In this document: one piece after another, positions 26,233 through 37,300 of the stretch
How the letters are laid out: every line of letters begins with the position of its first letter
Numbering within the stretch: position 1 is the stretch's first letter
From: an uncultured bacterium
Lineage (GTDB): Bacteria > Cyanobacteriota > Vampirovibrionia > Gastranaerophilales > Gastranaerophilaceae
NCBI GenBank assembly: GCA_900319365.1
Contig: ONOE01000007.1
Location: forward strand, 1,792 to 65,791
Reading direction: 5' to 3'
Length of the DNA: 64,000 nucleotides
The notes under the pieces: model-generated
Seen by the model: only the letters and a program-made list of their open reading frames with translations
Databases searched by the model: none
Told to the model about the DNA's origin: nothing
Program-made: the position numbers and the translations under genes

Positions 26233-27185
26233 TATTTATTTAATCCCGCACCGTTTAAAATAATTTGAACAAGTTCATCGTAGCTTATATCCATAACTTT
26301 GCATTGAGCAGGCAAATCACTTGTATCTGTCATCCCCGGAGATGTGTTAATCTCGATAACATAAGGGATTCCGTCATTGCCTATCATAAGGTCTACTCTT
26401 GAAACGCCTCTGCATCCTGCCGTTTCGTGAGCTTTAACAGAAATTTCTTTAACTTTTTGCGTTAATTCTTTGCTTAATCTTGCGGGTACGATAAATTCCG
26501 ACATTCCTGCCGTATATTTTGCTTCGTAGTCGTACCATTCGTTTTTCGGACGAATTTCAAGAATTTCAGTTGCAAAGTTTTTGCCGTCTTTTTCAAGTAC
26601 GCCGACTGTTACAAAAAATCCGTCGATAAATTCTTCTATCAAAACATCGTCATTATATTTGACGGCTTCTTCGTAAGCGGCTTTTAAATCTTCTCTTTTG
26701 TTTACTTTTGTCATTCCGAAACTTGAACCTTCGCAAACAGGCTTTGTAATTACGGGGAACTTCAGGTGTTTGGTTTTTTCTTCAAGGTTTTCGCCTTTTC
26801 TTACAAAAGCCGATTTTGCCATCGGAATATCAGGGCATGTTGAAAGAATCCTTTTTGTATATTCTTTGTTCATACAAATAGCGGAACTCATAACCCCGCA
26901 GCCTGTGTAAGGGATTTGAAGAATCTCAAGTATCCCCTGAATGCAGCCGTCCTCTCCGTATTTGCCGTGAAGTGCATTGTATGCATAATCGTATTTGCCC
27001 TCTTGTAATTTTTGAGCGATATTTTTATCAACTTCGACAAGTTCGGAATTTTTATACCCGAGTCTTTGCAAAGCGCCTAAACAATTTTTGCCTGAGCGTC
27101 TTGATACTGCCGCTTCAGATGACATTCCTCCGCAAAGGACTGCTATTTTTGCATTTAAATCTATTTTTTGGTCAATTTTTGCCAT
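26232..27185 (-). CDS. ddl: D-alanine--D-alanine ligase
   Basis: VLCGGMSSEAAVSRRSG, ALHGKYGEDGCIQGILE and an ATP-grasp C-terminus with EINTSPGMT. Confidence 0.93.
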   Translation of the reverse strand: MAKIDQKIDLNAKIAVLCGGMSSEAAVSRRSGKNCLGALQRLGYKNSELVEVDKNIAQKLQEGKYDYAYNALHGKYGEDGCIQGILEILQIPYTGCGVMSSAICMNKEYTKRILSTCPDIPMAKSAFVRKGENLEEKTKHLKFPVITKPVCEGSSFGMTKVNKREDLKAAYEEAVKYNDDVLIEEFIDGFFVTVGVLEKDGKNFATEILEIRPKNEWYDYEAKYTAGMSEFIVPARLSKELTQKVKEISVKAHETAGCRGVSRVDLMIGNDGIPYVIEINTSPGMTDTSDLPAQCKVMDISYDELVQIILNGAGLNK

Positions 27186-28063
27186 AATTTCATTTCCTCT
27201 CTACTTTTATTCCCGAGATATTTTATTTCGGGCTCAAGATTTATATTATACATTTCTCTTACTCTTAATTGCATTTCAGACATCAGTCTTAAAACGTCTG
27301 TTGAAGTTGCGCCGCCGACATTGACTATAAAGTTTGAATGATTGCGCCAAACTCTTGCGCCGCCTTCTAAAATTTCTTTTGCTCCTACGCTTTCTAAAAG
27401 TTTCCCTGCAGGGTTGCATGGAGGATTTTTAAATATGCTCCCGCAATTAGGCAGGGCAAGCGAGGGTTGGTGCTTTTTGCGGAACTCTAAATTCTGTTCC
27501 ATTTGTGATTTGATGTCGTCAACATTTTTCTTTGTCAGTTCAAAATCAGCTTTTAATACTATCAAATTATCTTTTTCGCATCTTGAACTTCTGTATTCAA
27601 AACCCATTTGTTCTTTTTTTAATGTGATAAGCCCCATTTCCCTTGAATAACATTGAACCGAAATCAAATTGTCGCTTATACATTGACCGTTTGCCGAGGC
27701 GTTCATATAAACTTCCCCGCCGATACTTCCGGGAAAACCTATCATAAATTCTAAACCCGACAATCCTGATTTGCATACTTCTTGTGCTAATTTTGGACCT
27801 TTGACTCCGCATTCTGCGCTGACATTTGTCCCGTCAATGGTGATATTATTCATTTTTGAGGTTAAAATTACTGCTCCGCCATATCCGAAAGTCGAAACCA
27901 GAGTATCTGACAAATTGCCCAATACCGGGATATTCGGGTATTTTTGCAGCAAATGCACAAATTCATCAACGGTTGATGGGAAAAATACCTCGTCAATTTT
28001 TCCTCCGATTTTAAAAGTTGTATAATTCTTTATCTCAAAATCTTTTTCAATATTTTCTGTCAT
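27161..28063 (-). CDS. murB: UDP-N-acetylenolpyruvoylglucosamine reductase
   Basis: YTTFKIGG, FPGSIGG, NCGSIFKNP and GGARVWRNHSNFIVN motifs. Confidence 0.92.
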   Translation of the reverse strand: MTENIEKDFEIKNYTTFKIGGKIDEVFFPSTVDEFVHLLQKYPNIPVLGNLSDTLVSTFGYGGAVILTSKMNNITIDGTNVSAECGVKGPKLAQEVCKSGLSGLEFMIGFPGSIGGEVYMNASANGQCISDNLISVQCYSREMGLITLKKEQMGFEYRSSRCEKDNLIVLKADFELTKKNVDDIKSQMEQNLEFRKKHQPSLALPNCGSIFKNPPCNPAGKLLESVGAKEILEGGARVWRNHSNFIVNVGGATSTDVLRLMSEMQLRVREMYNINLEPEIKYLGNKSREEMKLWQKLTKK

Positions 28064-28109
28064 ACTTCACATAATTATATTACAATTATGCAAAAGGGGC
28101 AATTTATCT

Positions 28110-28472
28110 TTATTCTTTAACACAAAAAACATTTGCCGTTGCATAGTCAGAACAATGTGAAATGCTTATTTTAATTTTTATATTCGGATATTTTTTTATT
28201 TTGCAAACAGGTTTGCCGTCAGGTTCATTTAAAGTTTCAATGTCGCTATAATAAATATCTTTTATCCCAAGTTCGCTCAATGCTTTTACAACAGCCTCTT
28301 TTGCACAATACCTGCCGCATAAATTGAGATAATATTTAGATTTTGAAAAGCAATATTCCAATTCTTTCGGAGTGAAAATTTTATCAAGCATATCCGAATC
28401 TTTGCTTGAATATCGTTTAAATCTTTCCGTTTTTTCTATGTCTGTTCCTATAGCAATATTTGCAAATTCCAT
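28110..28472 (-). CDS. acpS: holo-[acyl-carrier-protein] synthase
   Basis: IGTDIEKTERF...RYCAKEAVVKAL...ISISHCSDYA. The start is taken at the internal ATG (MEFANIAIG), since the upstream extension is hydrophobic junk. Confidence 0.85.
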   Translation of the reverse strand: MEFANIAIGTDIEKTERFKRYSSKDSDMLDKIFTPKELEYCFSKSKYYLNLCGRYCAKEAVVKALSELGIKDIYYSDIETLNEPDGKPVCKIKKYPNIKIKISISHCSDYATANVFCVKE

Positions 28473-28603
28473 AATTGCAATTATAAATAAAAAATAACAA
28501 AAAAGATACACATGAAAAAAGGACTTGATATTGTATCAAGTCCCTTTTGTAGGGTTAGTTTTTATATTTATAGGGTAAAGTTAAATAATTTGCTTTAAAA
28601 TCT

Positions 28604-29131
28604 TTAAGCTTGCGCCGTATATTTAGGAGCCATATCTTTTATATCCTGATCTCTGGCTTCCCTTGCAGCTTTCAATTCCTGAGCGATTTCCTCTTGAAGT
28701 GTTGTTAATTTTTCTTTTTCATCTTCAAGTTTTTCTTCTTCGACTTTCAGGTTCTTTGTTTCCTGTTGAGCTGCCATTTCTCTGCCTTGAATATAAAGCT
28801 GGCGCATAATATAATTTTGCATCATTTGAGCTTGTTGAGGATTTTGAACCCCGCCCATTTGCTGTTGATACATCATCTGCATAGCAGGAGCATTAGCCTG
28901 CATATATTGCATTGCCGTGTTATGAGCATAACCCATATATGCCATTGACCTGCTCATTGTTGATCCCGGAGATGCCAGTAAATCTCCGATAGAGATTTGT
29001 CCGTTTCCGACCATTGAGGCATATTGTTGCAAATCTCTAAGTTTTTTTGAAATCTTTAAGAGTTTGTACTGTACATCAGATTTCTGACGTATCAGGTCAT
29101 GAACTCTTGCGGTACACATTAGAAAACCCAT
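28604..29131 (-). CDS. MG[FL]L-type coiled-coil protein with a Met/Gln-rich centre (paralog of 37985-38317)
   Basis: 175-aa ORF. The N-terminal MGFLMCTARVHDLIRQKSDVQYKLLKISKK parallels MGLLIATIQRRQLRMERSNLQFQLLLITKA of the other copy. The C-terminus is an E/K-rich coiled coil. Confidence 0.5.
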   Translation of the reverse strand: MGFLMCTARVHDLIRQKSDVQYKLLKISKKLRDLQQYASMVGNGQISIGDLLASPGSTMSRSMAYMGYAHNTAMQYMQANAPAMQMMYQQQMGGVQNPQQAQMMQNYIMRQLYIQGREMAAQQETKNLKVEEEKLEDEKEKLTTLQEEIAQELKAAREARDQDIKDMAPKYTAQA

Positions 29132-29184
29132 TGTCCTACCCTACCTTTTTTAAATTTTTAAACTAACCTAAATTTTTTAACCTA

Positions 29185-29219
29185 CATATATATAAAAACA
29201 TGCAATATCAAGTAATTGC
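29185..29219 (-). promoter_or_regulatory. GCAATT-N15-TTTTTATATATATG element, copy 3
   Basis: Exact GCAATT, a 15-nt spacer and an 11/14 match to the 14-mer. 53 nt separate it from the ATG at 29131. Confidence 0.5.
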
Positions 29220-29263
29220 ATGTTTTTAGCCTTTTATTAAGTTATGTTAAGTTTAATATTTTT

Positions 29264-29881
29264 TTATTTGTTATGAGATTTTTCTATAACCTTATCGATA
29301 AGTCCGTATTCTTTAGCTTCAAATGCGGACAGGTAGTGATCTCTTTCACAATCTTCTTTAACTTTTTCAATATCTTGTCCTGAATTTTGGGCAATTATAT
29401 TAATTAACATTTCTTTCATTCTTAAAATTTCTTTAGCTTCAAGTTCGATATCGGTTGCCTGACCTTTAGCGCCGCCTAACGGTTGGTGAATCATTATTCT
29501 TGAACTCGGTAAAGACATTCTTTTGCCTTTAGCGCCCGAACATAATAAAAATGCTCCCATTGATGCTGCTTCCCCTAAACAAATAGTTGCTACATCGGCT
29601 TTTATAAGGTTCATTGTATCATATATTGCCATACCTGAAGTTATTACACCTCCGGGGCTATTAATATATAACATGATATCTTTATCGGGATTTTCGCTAT
29701 CTAAGAGTAAAAGTTGAGCAATTATAGAATTTGCAACGTCATCATCAATTTCCGTTCCAAGGAATATAATTCTTTCTCTTAACAATCTTGAAAAGATATC
29801 AAAAGAGCGTTCGCCTCTTGAAGATGCTTCAATTACCGTAGGGACATATCCCATTATTTTCATATATGTTTCTTGATCCAT
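29264..29881 (-). CDS. clpP: ATP-dependent Clp protease proteolytic subunit
   Basis: [18 protein letters not shown], the catalytic [11 protein letters not shown] (Ser) and IMIHQPLGG (His). Confidence 0.95.
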   Translation of the reverse strand: MDQETYMKIMGYVPTVIEASSRGERSFDIFSRLLRERIIFLGTEIDDDVANSIIAQLLLLDSENPDKDIMLYINSPGGVITSGMAIYDTMNLIKADVATICLGEAASMGAFLLCSGAKGKRMSLPSSRIMIHQPLGGAKGQATDIELEAKEILRMKEMLINIIAQNSGQDIEKVKEDCERDHYLSAFEAKEYGLIDKVIEKSHNK

Positions 29882-30015
29882 TTTGCTCTCCTTTTTAAGA
29901 AATTTTACAATAAATATCGGGTTTTAGCAAGTAATAAAAATATAAATTCCATTGATAATCATAGCACACTATGATAAAATTGCTTTGTATTATGTTGAAA
30001 GTGGGGTATTAATAA

Positions 30016-31164
30016 ATGAGAGATAAATCGTTTTTAATGATTCCGGGACCTACTCCGGTTCCGGAAAGTGTATTGTTAGAAATTGCAAAACATCCTATAG
30101 GGCACAGAAGCAGCGAATTTTCTAAGATTTTGGAAAATGTTTATGCAAATTTAAAATATGTATTCCAAACGAAAAATGATGTATTTGTATATACGGCATC
30201 AGGTACGGGCGCAATGTGCGCAGCATTGGAAAACCTCATAAATGAGGGCGACCATGTTTTATGCTTGGTTTTAGGCAACTTTGGCAATCGTTGGGCAAAG
30301 ATTGCATCTTCATGCGGTGCTGTAGTTGAAAAAATTGAAGTAGATACAGGGGAAGTTATTGATCCTGAAGTTTTAAGAGCCCGCCTTGCGCAAGATGTTA
30401 ATAAAGAGATTAAAATCGTAACGTTAACACACAGCGAAACTTCAACGGGCGCAGCAAATGATGTTAAAACATTATGTAAAATAATCAGAGAGCACGGCGC
30501 AATTTCCGTTGTTGACGGTGTAACTTCAGTCTGTGCAATGGAATGTAAGCCTGATGCATGGGGAATAGATGTTTTGGTTTCGGGTTCTCAAAAAGGGTTC
30601 ATGATTCCGCCGGGATTGTCTTTTCTTGTTGCAAATGACAGAGCATGGGAGCTTCATGAAAAATGTAAACACCCGTCATTCTATTTTGATTGGGACGCAT
30701 ACAGAAAGTCTACAAGAGCAAATTCAACGCCTTATACCCCCGCAGTCAACCTCTTTGCAGGACTGAATGTTGCGCTTGAGATGATTAAACAAGACGGCAT
30801 TGAAAATATGAATGCAAGACATAAAAAACACGCAATGGCTTTGCGCCATGCTTTGCAATCTATCGGGTTGGAACTTGTCGTAAAAGATGATAATAAAGCA
30901 AGCCATTCAATCACCTCAGTTCTTCCGCCCGATGGAATTTCCGTTCCCGATATCCGAAAAATCATGAAAGAAGATTTTGACATAGTTATTGCAAACGGTC
31001 AAAACAAACTCAAAGACAAAATTTTCAGAATGGGAACTTTGGGTTTTGTCTGCGACAGAGATATAATAACGGCAGTCGGTGCATTAGAAGCAACTTTGTA
31101 CAAACTCGGATATAAATTCGAATTAGGCAAAGGCGTTTCAACTGCAATTAAAGAATTGGCATAA
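30016..31164 (+). CDS. class-V (AGXT-family) aminotransferase, probable phosphoserine aminotransferase of the cyanobacterial type
   Basis: MIPGPTP start and SGSQKGFMIPPGL (PLP-Lys). The gene lies directly upstream of serA/serB on the same strand. Confidence 0.8.
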   Translation: MRDKSFLMIPGPTPVPESVLLEIAKHPIGHRSSEFSKILENVYANLKYVFQTKNDVFVYTASGTGAMCAALENLINEGDHVLCLVLGNFGNRWAKIASSCGAVVEKIEVDTGEVIDPEVLRARLAQDVNKEIKIVTLTHSETSTGAANDVKTLCKIIREHGAISVVDGVTSVCAMECKPDAWGIDVLVSGSQKGFMIPPGLSFLVANDRAWELHEKCKHPSFYFDWDAYRKSTRANSTPYTPAVNLFAGLNVALEMIKQDGIENMNARHKKHAMALRHALQSIGLELVVKDDNKASHSITSVLPPDGISVPDIRKIMKEDFDIVIANGQNKLKDKIFRMGTLGFVCDRDIITAVGALEATLYKLGYKFELGKGVSTAIKELA

Positions 31165-31187
31165 GCTGATCAACAAGAGAGGAAGAT

Positions 31188-31796
31188 ATGGTTTTAGAAA
31201 ACAAGCTCGGTATTACTGAATCTGCTGAACTTGCAAGGGTCGAAGAAAAAATCAGCAAGAAAAAAGCAAAAGAGATGTTTGAAAACGGCTTTTTGGATAG
31301 TTTGAACGCCGGAGGTTTTGACTCGCTTTCTAAAATTCACCATTATCTTTTTGATGAAATATATTCTTTTGCAGGACAAATTCGAACGGTAAATATTGCT
31401 AAAGGGAATTTTCGTTTTGCTCCGGTGATGTATTTAAAATCCGCTCTAAAATCTATAGATCAGATGCCTCAGTCAAATTTCGATGAAATCATAGAAAAAT
31501 ATGTTGAAATGAATGTTGCGCACCCTTTTAGAGAAGGAAACGGAAGATGTACACGTATCTGGCTTGATTTAATACTAAAAAAAGAGTTAGGCAAAGTTGT
31601 TGATTGGAGCAAGGTCGATAAAAATGATTATCTTCTTGCAATGGAGCGGAGTCCGATAAAAGACGTTGAAATAAAAGTTTTGTTAAAAAACGCATTGACT
31701 CCTGACATTAATGACAGAGAAGTTTATATGAAAGGAATTGACTCAAGCTATCATTATGAAGGGTACAATCTTTTTAGAACAAAAGATTTGAATTAA
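31188..31796 (+). CDS. fic: Fic-family AMPylase, class III (C-terminal inhibitory helix)
   Basis: Complete FIC motif HPFREGNGRCTR and a C-terminal SYHYEG that matches the (S/T)xxxE(G/N) inhibitory motif. About 200 aa, like E. coli/Neisseria Fic. Confidence 0.88.
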   Translation: MVLENKLGITESAELARVEEKISKKKAKEMFENGFLDSLNAGGFDSLSKIHHYLFDEIYSFAGQIRTVNIAKGNFRFAPVMYLKSALKSIDQMPQSNFDEIIEKYVEMNVAHPFREGNGRCTRIWLDLILKKELGKVVDWSKVDKNDYLLAMERSPIKDVEIKVLLKNALTPDINDREVYMKGIDSSYHYEGYNLFRTKDLN

Positions 31797-31818
31797 ATAA
31801 ATATAAAAAGGAGTAAAT

Positions 31819-33411
31819 ATGAAAGTATTAATTACGGACAAGATTAACGAGGCGGCGGGGAAAATTATTGAACCTGTTGCAGATGTAGATGTTCTTCCCA
31901 CGATGAGCGAGGAGGAACTTATAAAAATTATCCCTCAATATGATGCTTTGATGGTCAGAAGTCAGACGAAAGTTACTTCTAAAATTATTGAAGCGGGGAA
32001 GAATTTAAAAATTATCGGCAGAGCAGGTGTCGGGGTTGATAATATTGATCTTAACGCAGCTACTCAAAGAGGGATAATTGTTGTAAATTCCCCTGACGGT
32101 AACACTATGGCAGCATCAGAACATACAATTGCCCTGATGCTTGCAATGGCAAGAAACATTGTTCCTGCCGCATTATCCGTCCGTGAGGGCAAATGGGAAA
32201 GAAGTAAATTTACGGGTGTTGAATTATTCAAAAAGACTTTGGGTATAATCGGATTCGGTAAAATCGGGCATCATGTCGGAGAAGTCGCAAAAGCTTTGGG
32301 TATGAAAATTCTTATTTATGATCCGTTTACTTCACGTGAAGTTGTTGAAAAATTCGGCGGCGAATATATTGATAACCTTGATAATTTCTGGGGCAGATGT
32401 GATTTTATTACGGTTCATGTCCCCAAAACAAAAGACACTATTAATATGATAAATAAAGATAATATCGTTAAAATGAAAAAAGGCGTAAGACTTATAAACT
32501 GCGCAAGAGGCGGGATTATCAATGAAAATGATTTAAAAGATGCGATTAATTCAGAATATGTTGCGGGAGCTGCGGTTGATGTTTACGAAAACGAAAAAGA
32601 CGTCGCAAATTGTCCGCTGTTGCAATGCTCGGGCAATATTGTTTTGACTCCGCATCTTGGTGCAAGTACAACTGAAGCGCAGATGAATGTTGCAATTGAT
32701 GTTGCAGAACAGATAAAATCCGTACTGTCGGGCGGTTCGGCATCATCTGCCGTTAATATACCATCATTAAGACCCGATAAGTTAGAACCCGTAAAAGACT
32801 ATATGCAAATTGCCGAAAATACGGGCGAACTTGTGGTTCAAATTTCAAACGGCGTAATTAAAACTATAGAAATTACGGCTGATGGTGATTTGGCGGATTT
32901 GGATATACAACCTCTTGAAGTTGCTGTTTTGAAAGGTGTTTTATCATCAATGCTTGAGGGTGTAAATTATGTCAATGCTCCGGTTATTGCAAAGAATCGG
33001 GGAATTGATATTGTTTCTACCCGCTCTAAAACAAACGGTAATTTTGCGGGTAAAATAACGGTTAAACTGGTAACAGACAAAGGCGATACGGTTGTAGGCG
33101 GGGCATTGATTACAAAAGATATCCCCAGAATCGTTAAAATCAATGAATACGAAACAAGTATAAGGCCCGAAAAACATTTACTATTTGTTCCACATACCAA
33201 CAAACCGTCTATGATTGCACAGGTTGCAAAAGTTATAGGCGAAAATAACATCAATATCGGATCAATGAACGTTGTTCAAAAAAATGACAGACATGAAACA
33301 GAATCAATAATGCTTATAAATATTGATTCTTCGGTTGATGAAAAGACTTTGAATGCTATTTCAAAAATAGACGGCGTTCACAATCCGAAATACATAAATT
33401 TGACGGTATAG
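31819..33411 (+). CDS. serA: D-3-phosphoglycerate dehydrogenase (long form with ASB and ACT domains)
   Basis: GRAGVGVDNIDL, GIIGFGKIGHHVG (NAD site), LINCARGG, TPHLGAST and a C-terminal ACT domain. Confidence 0.93.
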   Translation: MKVLITDKINEAAGKIIEPVADVDVLPTMSEEELIKIIPQYDALMVRSQTKVTSKIIEAGKNLKIIGRAGVGVDNIDLNAATQRGIIVVNSPDGNTMAASEHTIALMLAMARNIVPAALSVREGKWERSKFTGVELFKKTLGIIGFGKIGHHVGEVAKALGMKILIYDPFTSREVVEKFGGEYIDNLDNFWGRCDFITVHVPKTKDTINMINKDNIVKMKKGVRLINCARGGIINENDLKDAINSEYVAGAAVDVYENEKDVANCPLLQCSGNIVLTPHLGASTTEAQMNVAIDVAEQIKSVLSGGSASSAVNIPSLRPDKLEPVKDYMQIAENTGELVVQISNGVIKTIEITADGDLADLDIQPLEVAVLKGVLSSMLEGVNYVNAPVIAKNRGIDIVSTRSKTNGNFAGKITVKLVTDKGDTVVGGALITKDIPRIVKINEYETSIRPEKHLLFVPHTNKPSMIAQVAKVIGENNINIGSMNVVQKNDRHETESIMLINIDSSVDEKTLNAISKIDGVHNPKYINLTV

Positions 33412-33420
33412 TGATAAAGA

Positions 33421-33486
33421 TACCAGGATACTAAGACACTAGGGCACTAAGAATATACGTAGGGTGTGCGTTTGCTAACGCACCTT
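33421..33486. repeat. four 8-bp units (TACCAGGA TACTAAGA CACTAGGG CACTAAGA) plus an adjacent hairpin; same family as 47866-47929
   Basis: The reverse complement of the unit is TCTTAGTA/TCTTAGTG, which is the tandem unit at 47898-47929. A GTGCG-N8-CGCAC hairpin lies at 33466-33483. Confidence 0.55.
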
Positions 33487-33504
33487 AGAAAATAAGGGTA
33501 CAAA

Positions 33505-34131
33505 ATGACAAACAAACTTGCGGTATTTGATTTTGATTCGACACTTATGGACGGGGAAACTCTGGAGTTTTTTGCCCGAACAACAGGAATTGAACAAAAG
33601 GTCAAAGAGATAACTGATAGAGCTATGGGGGGCGAACTGGATTTTTTTGAAAGTCTGACGTATAGAGTTTCGCTTTTAAAGGGCTTGAGTGTGGATATGG
33701 TAAACAAAATCTGTGCGCAGCTTCCTGTTATGAACGGTGCAAAAGAAGTTGTAGCAGGCTTAAAAGACCGAGGCTATAAGGTCGTTTGTTTCTCTGGCGG
33801 ATTTAGGAATGCTACAAAATTATTTGCGCAAAAGTTAGGGCTGGATTCCGAATTTGCCAATATCCTGCATTCAAAAGACGGTGTTTTAACAGGTGAAGTC
33901 GGCGGGGAGATGATGTTTAACGATAGCAAAGGCGAAATGCTTATAAGACTCCAAAAGCTACTTGATGTTACTCCTGAAAACACGCTTGCGGTCGGCGACG
34001 GCGCAAATGATTTGAGTATGTTTAAATATTCAAATAAACGTGTTGCGTTTTGCGCAAAGCCTGTTTTAAAAGAACATGCTAATATAATAATAAATGAGAA
34101 AGATTTGAGTAAAATCTTAGATGTACTGTAA
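33505..34131 (+). CDS. serB: phosphoserine phosphatase (HAD family)
   Basis: FDFDSTL (DxDxT), SGGF and GDGANDL motifs. Confidence 0.85.
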   Translation: MTNKLAVFDFDSTLMDGETLEFFARTTGIEQKVKEITDRAMGGELDFFESLTYRVSLLKGLSVDMVNKICAQLPVMNGAKEVVAGLKDRGYKVVCFSGGFRNATKLFAQKLGLDSEFANILHSKDGVLTGEVGGEMMFNDSKGEMLIRLQKLLDVTPENTLAVGDGANDLSMFKYSNKRVAFCAKPVLKEHANIIINEKDLSKILDVL

Positions 34132-34300
34132 ATAAGGAAAAATTAGTAAATAAAGTATTATTTTGAATTTTGAAATAATACCTATTGCGTTTTTTAATTT
34201 TATTCGTATAATAATATCAGAGGGTGAAGATATTATGGATTGTTAATCCGTATAGAGCAGTTGCAACCCCTTGGCAGGAAAGTGGTAATACTCTAAATAG

Positions 34301-37300
34301 ATGAGTACAACGAATTTTAATTTCAAATATATAAAAGATAATTCTACTCCGGGTAGTTGGCGTAGAGGTTATGAATACCATATAAAAGATATGGTATTTG
34401 ATAATTATCCCGAAAAAAACTTCTATATGGCGAAAGTCAAAGGAAATTTTCAGGATCATTACAACACGGATTTAATTTTTAAAAAGAACAAAGTTGAAGC
34501 TCGTTGTAATTGCCCGTTAAAAGAAGAATGGTGTAAACATGCCGTTGCTGTCGGTTTGAGAGCGATTGAAGAACATGCTTATGAAAATTGGCTGCATACA
34601 AAATTCGGAACGGAATTTGAATTTCCCGATGAAGATACCGAATTGACTCACGAACCTCAAGGAAATTATATTTTTCATTTTAATTCCAAAAGAAAAGCGA
34701 ATTTCTTTTCGGTTCTTGTTCGTTCAAGAGATACTGGAAAAATCATAAGACAGATTGAACCGTTATTCAGAGCTGTTTTTGAGGCTCAAAAGCAGGATAA
34801 GAATTTTGAATTAAACGATTCTCAAAAAGTCGAATTTATGATTTTCAAAGAATTACTCCAGATTTCAAGACAGGATAAAAAAGCGGGTTGGTATGATATT
34901 CCTATAACAAAGTTCGGGCCGGTGTTCCCGCTCCTTGCAAAGGCTGATGAGGTTCTTGATGAAAGAACAAAAGAAAGATTAAAATTCACAGACGAAGAAT
35001 GGAAACTGGTTTTATATGTAAACGCATCTCAAACTCCCGGGACATTGCTTTTGTCTTTAGAATGGCACAGACCCGATTCGGATGATGTATATCCGTTTGA
35101 AGAAGTAAGATATTTTTCAAGACATTTGAAATGGGGAAGATATAAAAACGTAATATTCCCGACAAATGTTGCAATTCAGGCGCTCCCGCAGGCTATTACA
35201 AAAGAATCTTTCACGGATTTGAAAGATGCCGAATGCGGCAAATTTATATATGAAGATTTACCAAAGCTCCGCAAGGTTATGGATGTTGTGGTGGAAGATA
35301 AGATATCCAAATTGATGCTTGAAGAAAGACCGCCGCTAAACGTTGTAACATTAGGAATTGATTATGACCAGAGTTTGAAAGCGGAATTGAATTTTGAATA
35401 TGACGGGGTAAGAGTTCCTTATTCAAAGCTCGCAGCAGAAAAGCAGCCTTATATCACGGTTAAAAAGCCTGATGAAGATGTCATTTACTGGGTAAAAAGA
35501 AATATCAAGCATGAAAATGAAGCTTATGCGATGCTTTTAGCCTGCAAATTCGTACCTATGCAGACAAACAACCTTGCATTGGAAAAAGAAAATGCCATAG
35601 ACTTTTATAATTATTATATTAAGCAGGCAGGCGATGGTTGGAAATTTGAAGAAAAAGACGATATGTCATTTTTCAAAATTCTTGATGATCCGTTCAGATT
35701 GTGTGCAAAGATTGATTTCTCAGATGAGCAGCCTGACAGTTTTGATGTTGATATTTACGGTCAGGTTGGGGAAGAAGTTATTGATTTTAATGAGATTTAC
35801 GATACCGCTCAAAAGGATGAAAAGTATTCAAGAATAAGAAGTCTGGGGTTTGTTGAATTCCCGGTTCAAAATATTTACGCAATGATGAGAACTTTTAATT
35901 CATTTGATGTATACAGAAACGATAACAATACTTTCACCGTAAAAACATTCAGGGCGGGTTTAATCAACGAATTGAAAAACCTTGGAATTGAATTACATTT
36001 GAGCGAAAGGTTTGAAGCATTTTGGGATCAGATGTCGACATTCTCTACAGCCGAAAGTACATCTTTACCGCTTGGTATCAAGGCAGAATTTCGTGAGTAT
36101 CAGCTCAAAGGTTTCGGATGGTTATGGTTTATGTATAAATACGGCTTGAATGGAATTTTGGCTGATGATATGGGCTTAGGTAAAACCTTGCAGGCTTTGA
36201 CGGCAATTCAAAAGGCAAAAGAGGTTGACGGACCTTGCCCGACATTAGTTATAGCGCCGACGACCGTTGTATTTAACTGGGAAAACGAAATTCAAAAGTT
36301 TGCACCGACGTTAACATGTTTAAAATTGCAGGGCGGTGAAAGAAAACAGTTTTTCAAAAAAATTCCCGATTATGATGTTGTGATTACAAGTTATGCTCTT
36401 GTGCGCCGTGATATAGAAAAATTGAAAGATATAAATTTCCGCTATATCATTCTTGATGAATCACAGAATATTAAAAATGCCACATCTCAAACGGCACAAG
36501 CGGTTAAAAAGCTCCACGGAATGCACAAACTTGCGCTTTCGGGTACTCCGATTGAAAATAAACTTGAAGAATTGTGGTCTGTATTTGACTTTTTGATGCC
36601 CGGATTTTTGTTCTCGATGGGCGAATTTAATACTCATTACGTAGATCCGATTATGGACAGGCATGATAAGGTTGTTGAAAAGAGATTAAAGTTGCAGATT
36701 TATCCGTTCATTTTAAGACGTATGAAACGTGATGTTGCAAAAGATTTGCCCGACAAGGTTGAAAACGTAGCATACTGCGAAATGACAGATGAACAAAAAG
36801 ACTTCTATTTGCAGGTACTTGATTCTACAAAAGAAGAATTGTTCAAATCTATCGAGCAAAACGGACTTGAAAAAAGCAGAATGTCTATCTTCTCGGCACT
36901 TCTTAGAATGCGTCAGATATGCTGCCACCCGAGATTGTATGACAAAGATAACGTTAAACATGTTAATACTTCCGGCAAGTTTGAAAAACTTAAAACAATG
37001 CTTGAAGAAATCACGTCTGAAGGGCACAGAATACTTTTGTTCAGCCAGTTTGTAAATATGCTTGATATTATTAAGCTTTGGTTAGACAAAACAGGAATGA
37101 AGTATGAATACCTGACAGGTAAAACCAAAAACAGAAAAGAAGCAGTCGACAGATTCAATAACGATCCTACGATTCCGATATTCTTAATCAGTTTAAAAGC
37201 GGGCGGAACGGGCTTGAACTTAACGGGTGCGGATTATGTAATCCACTATGACCCTTGGTGGAACCCTGCGGTTGAAGATCAGGCAACAGACAGAGCTTAC

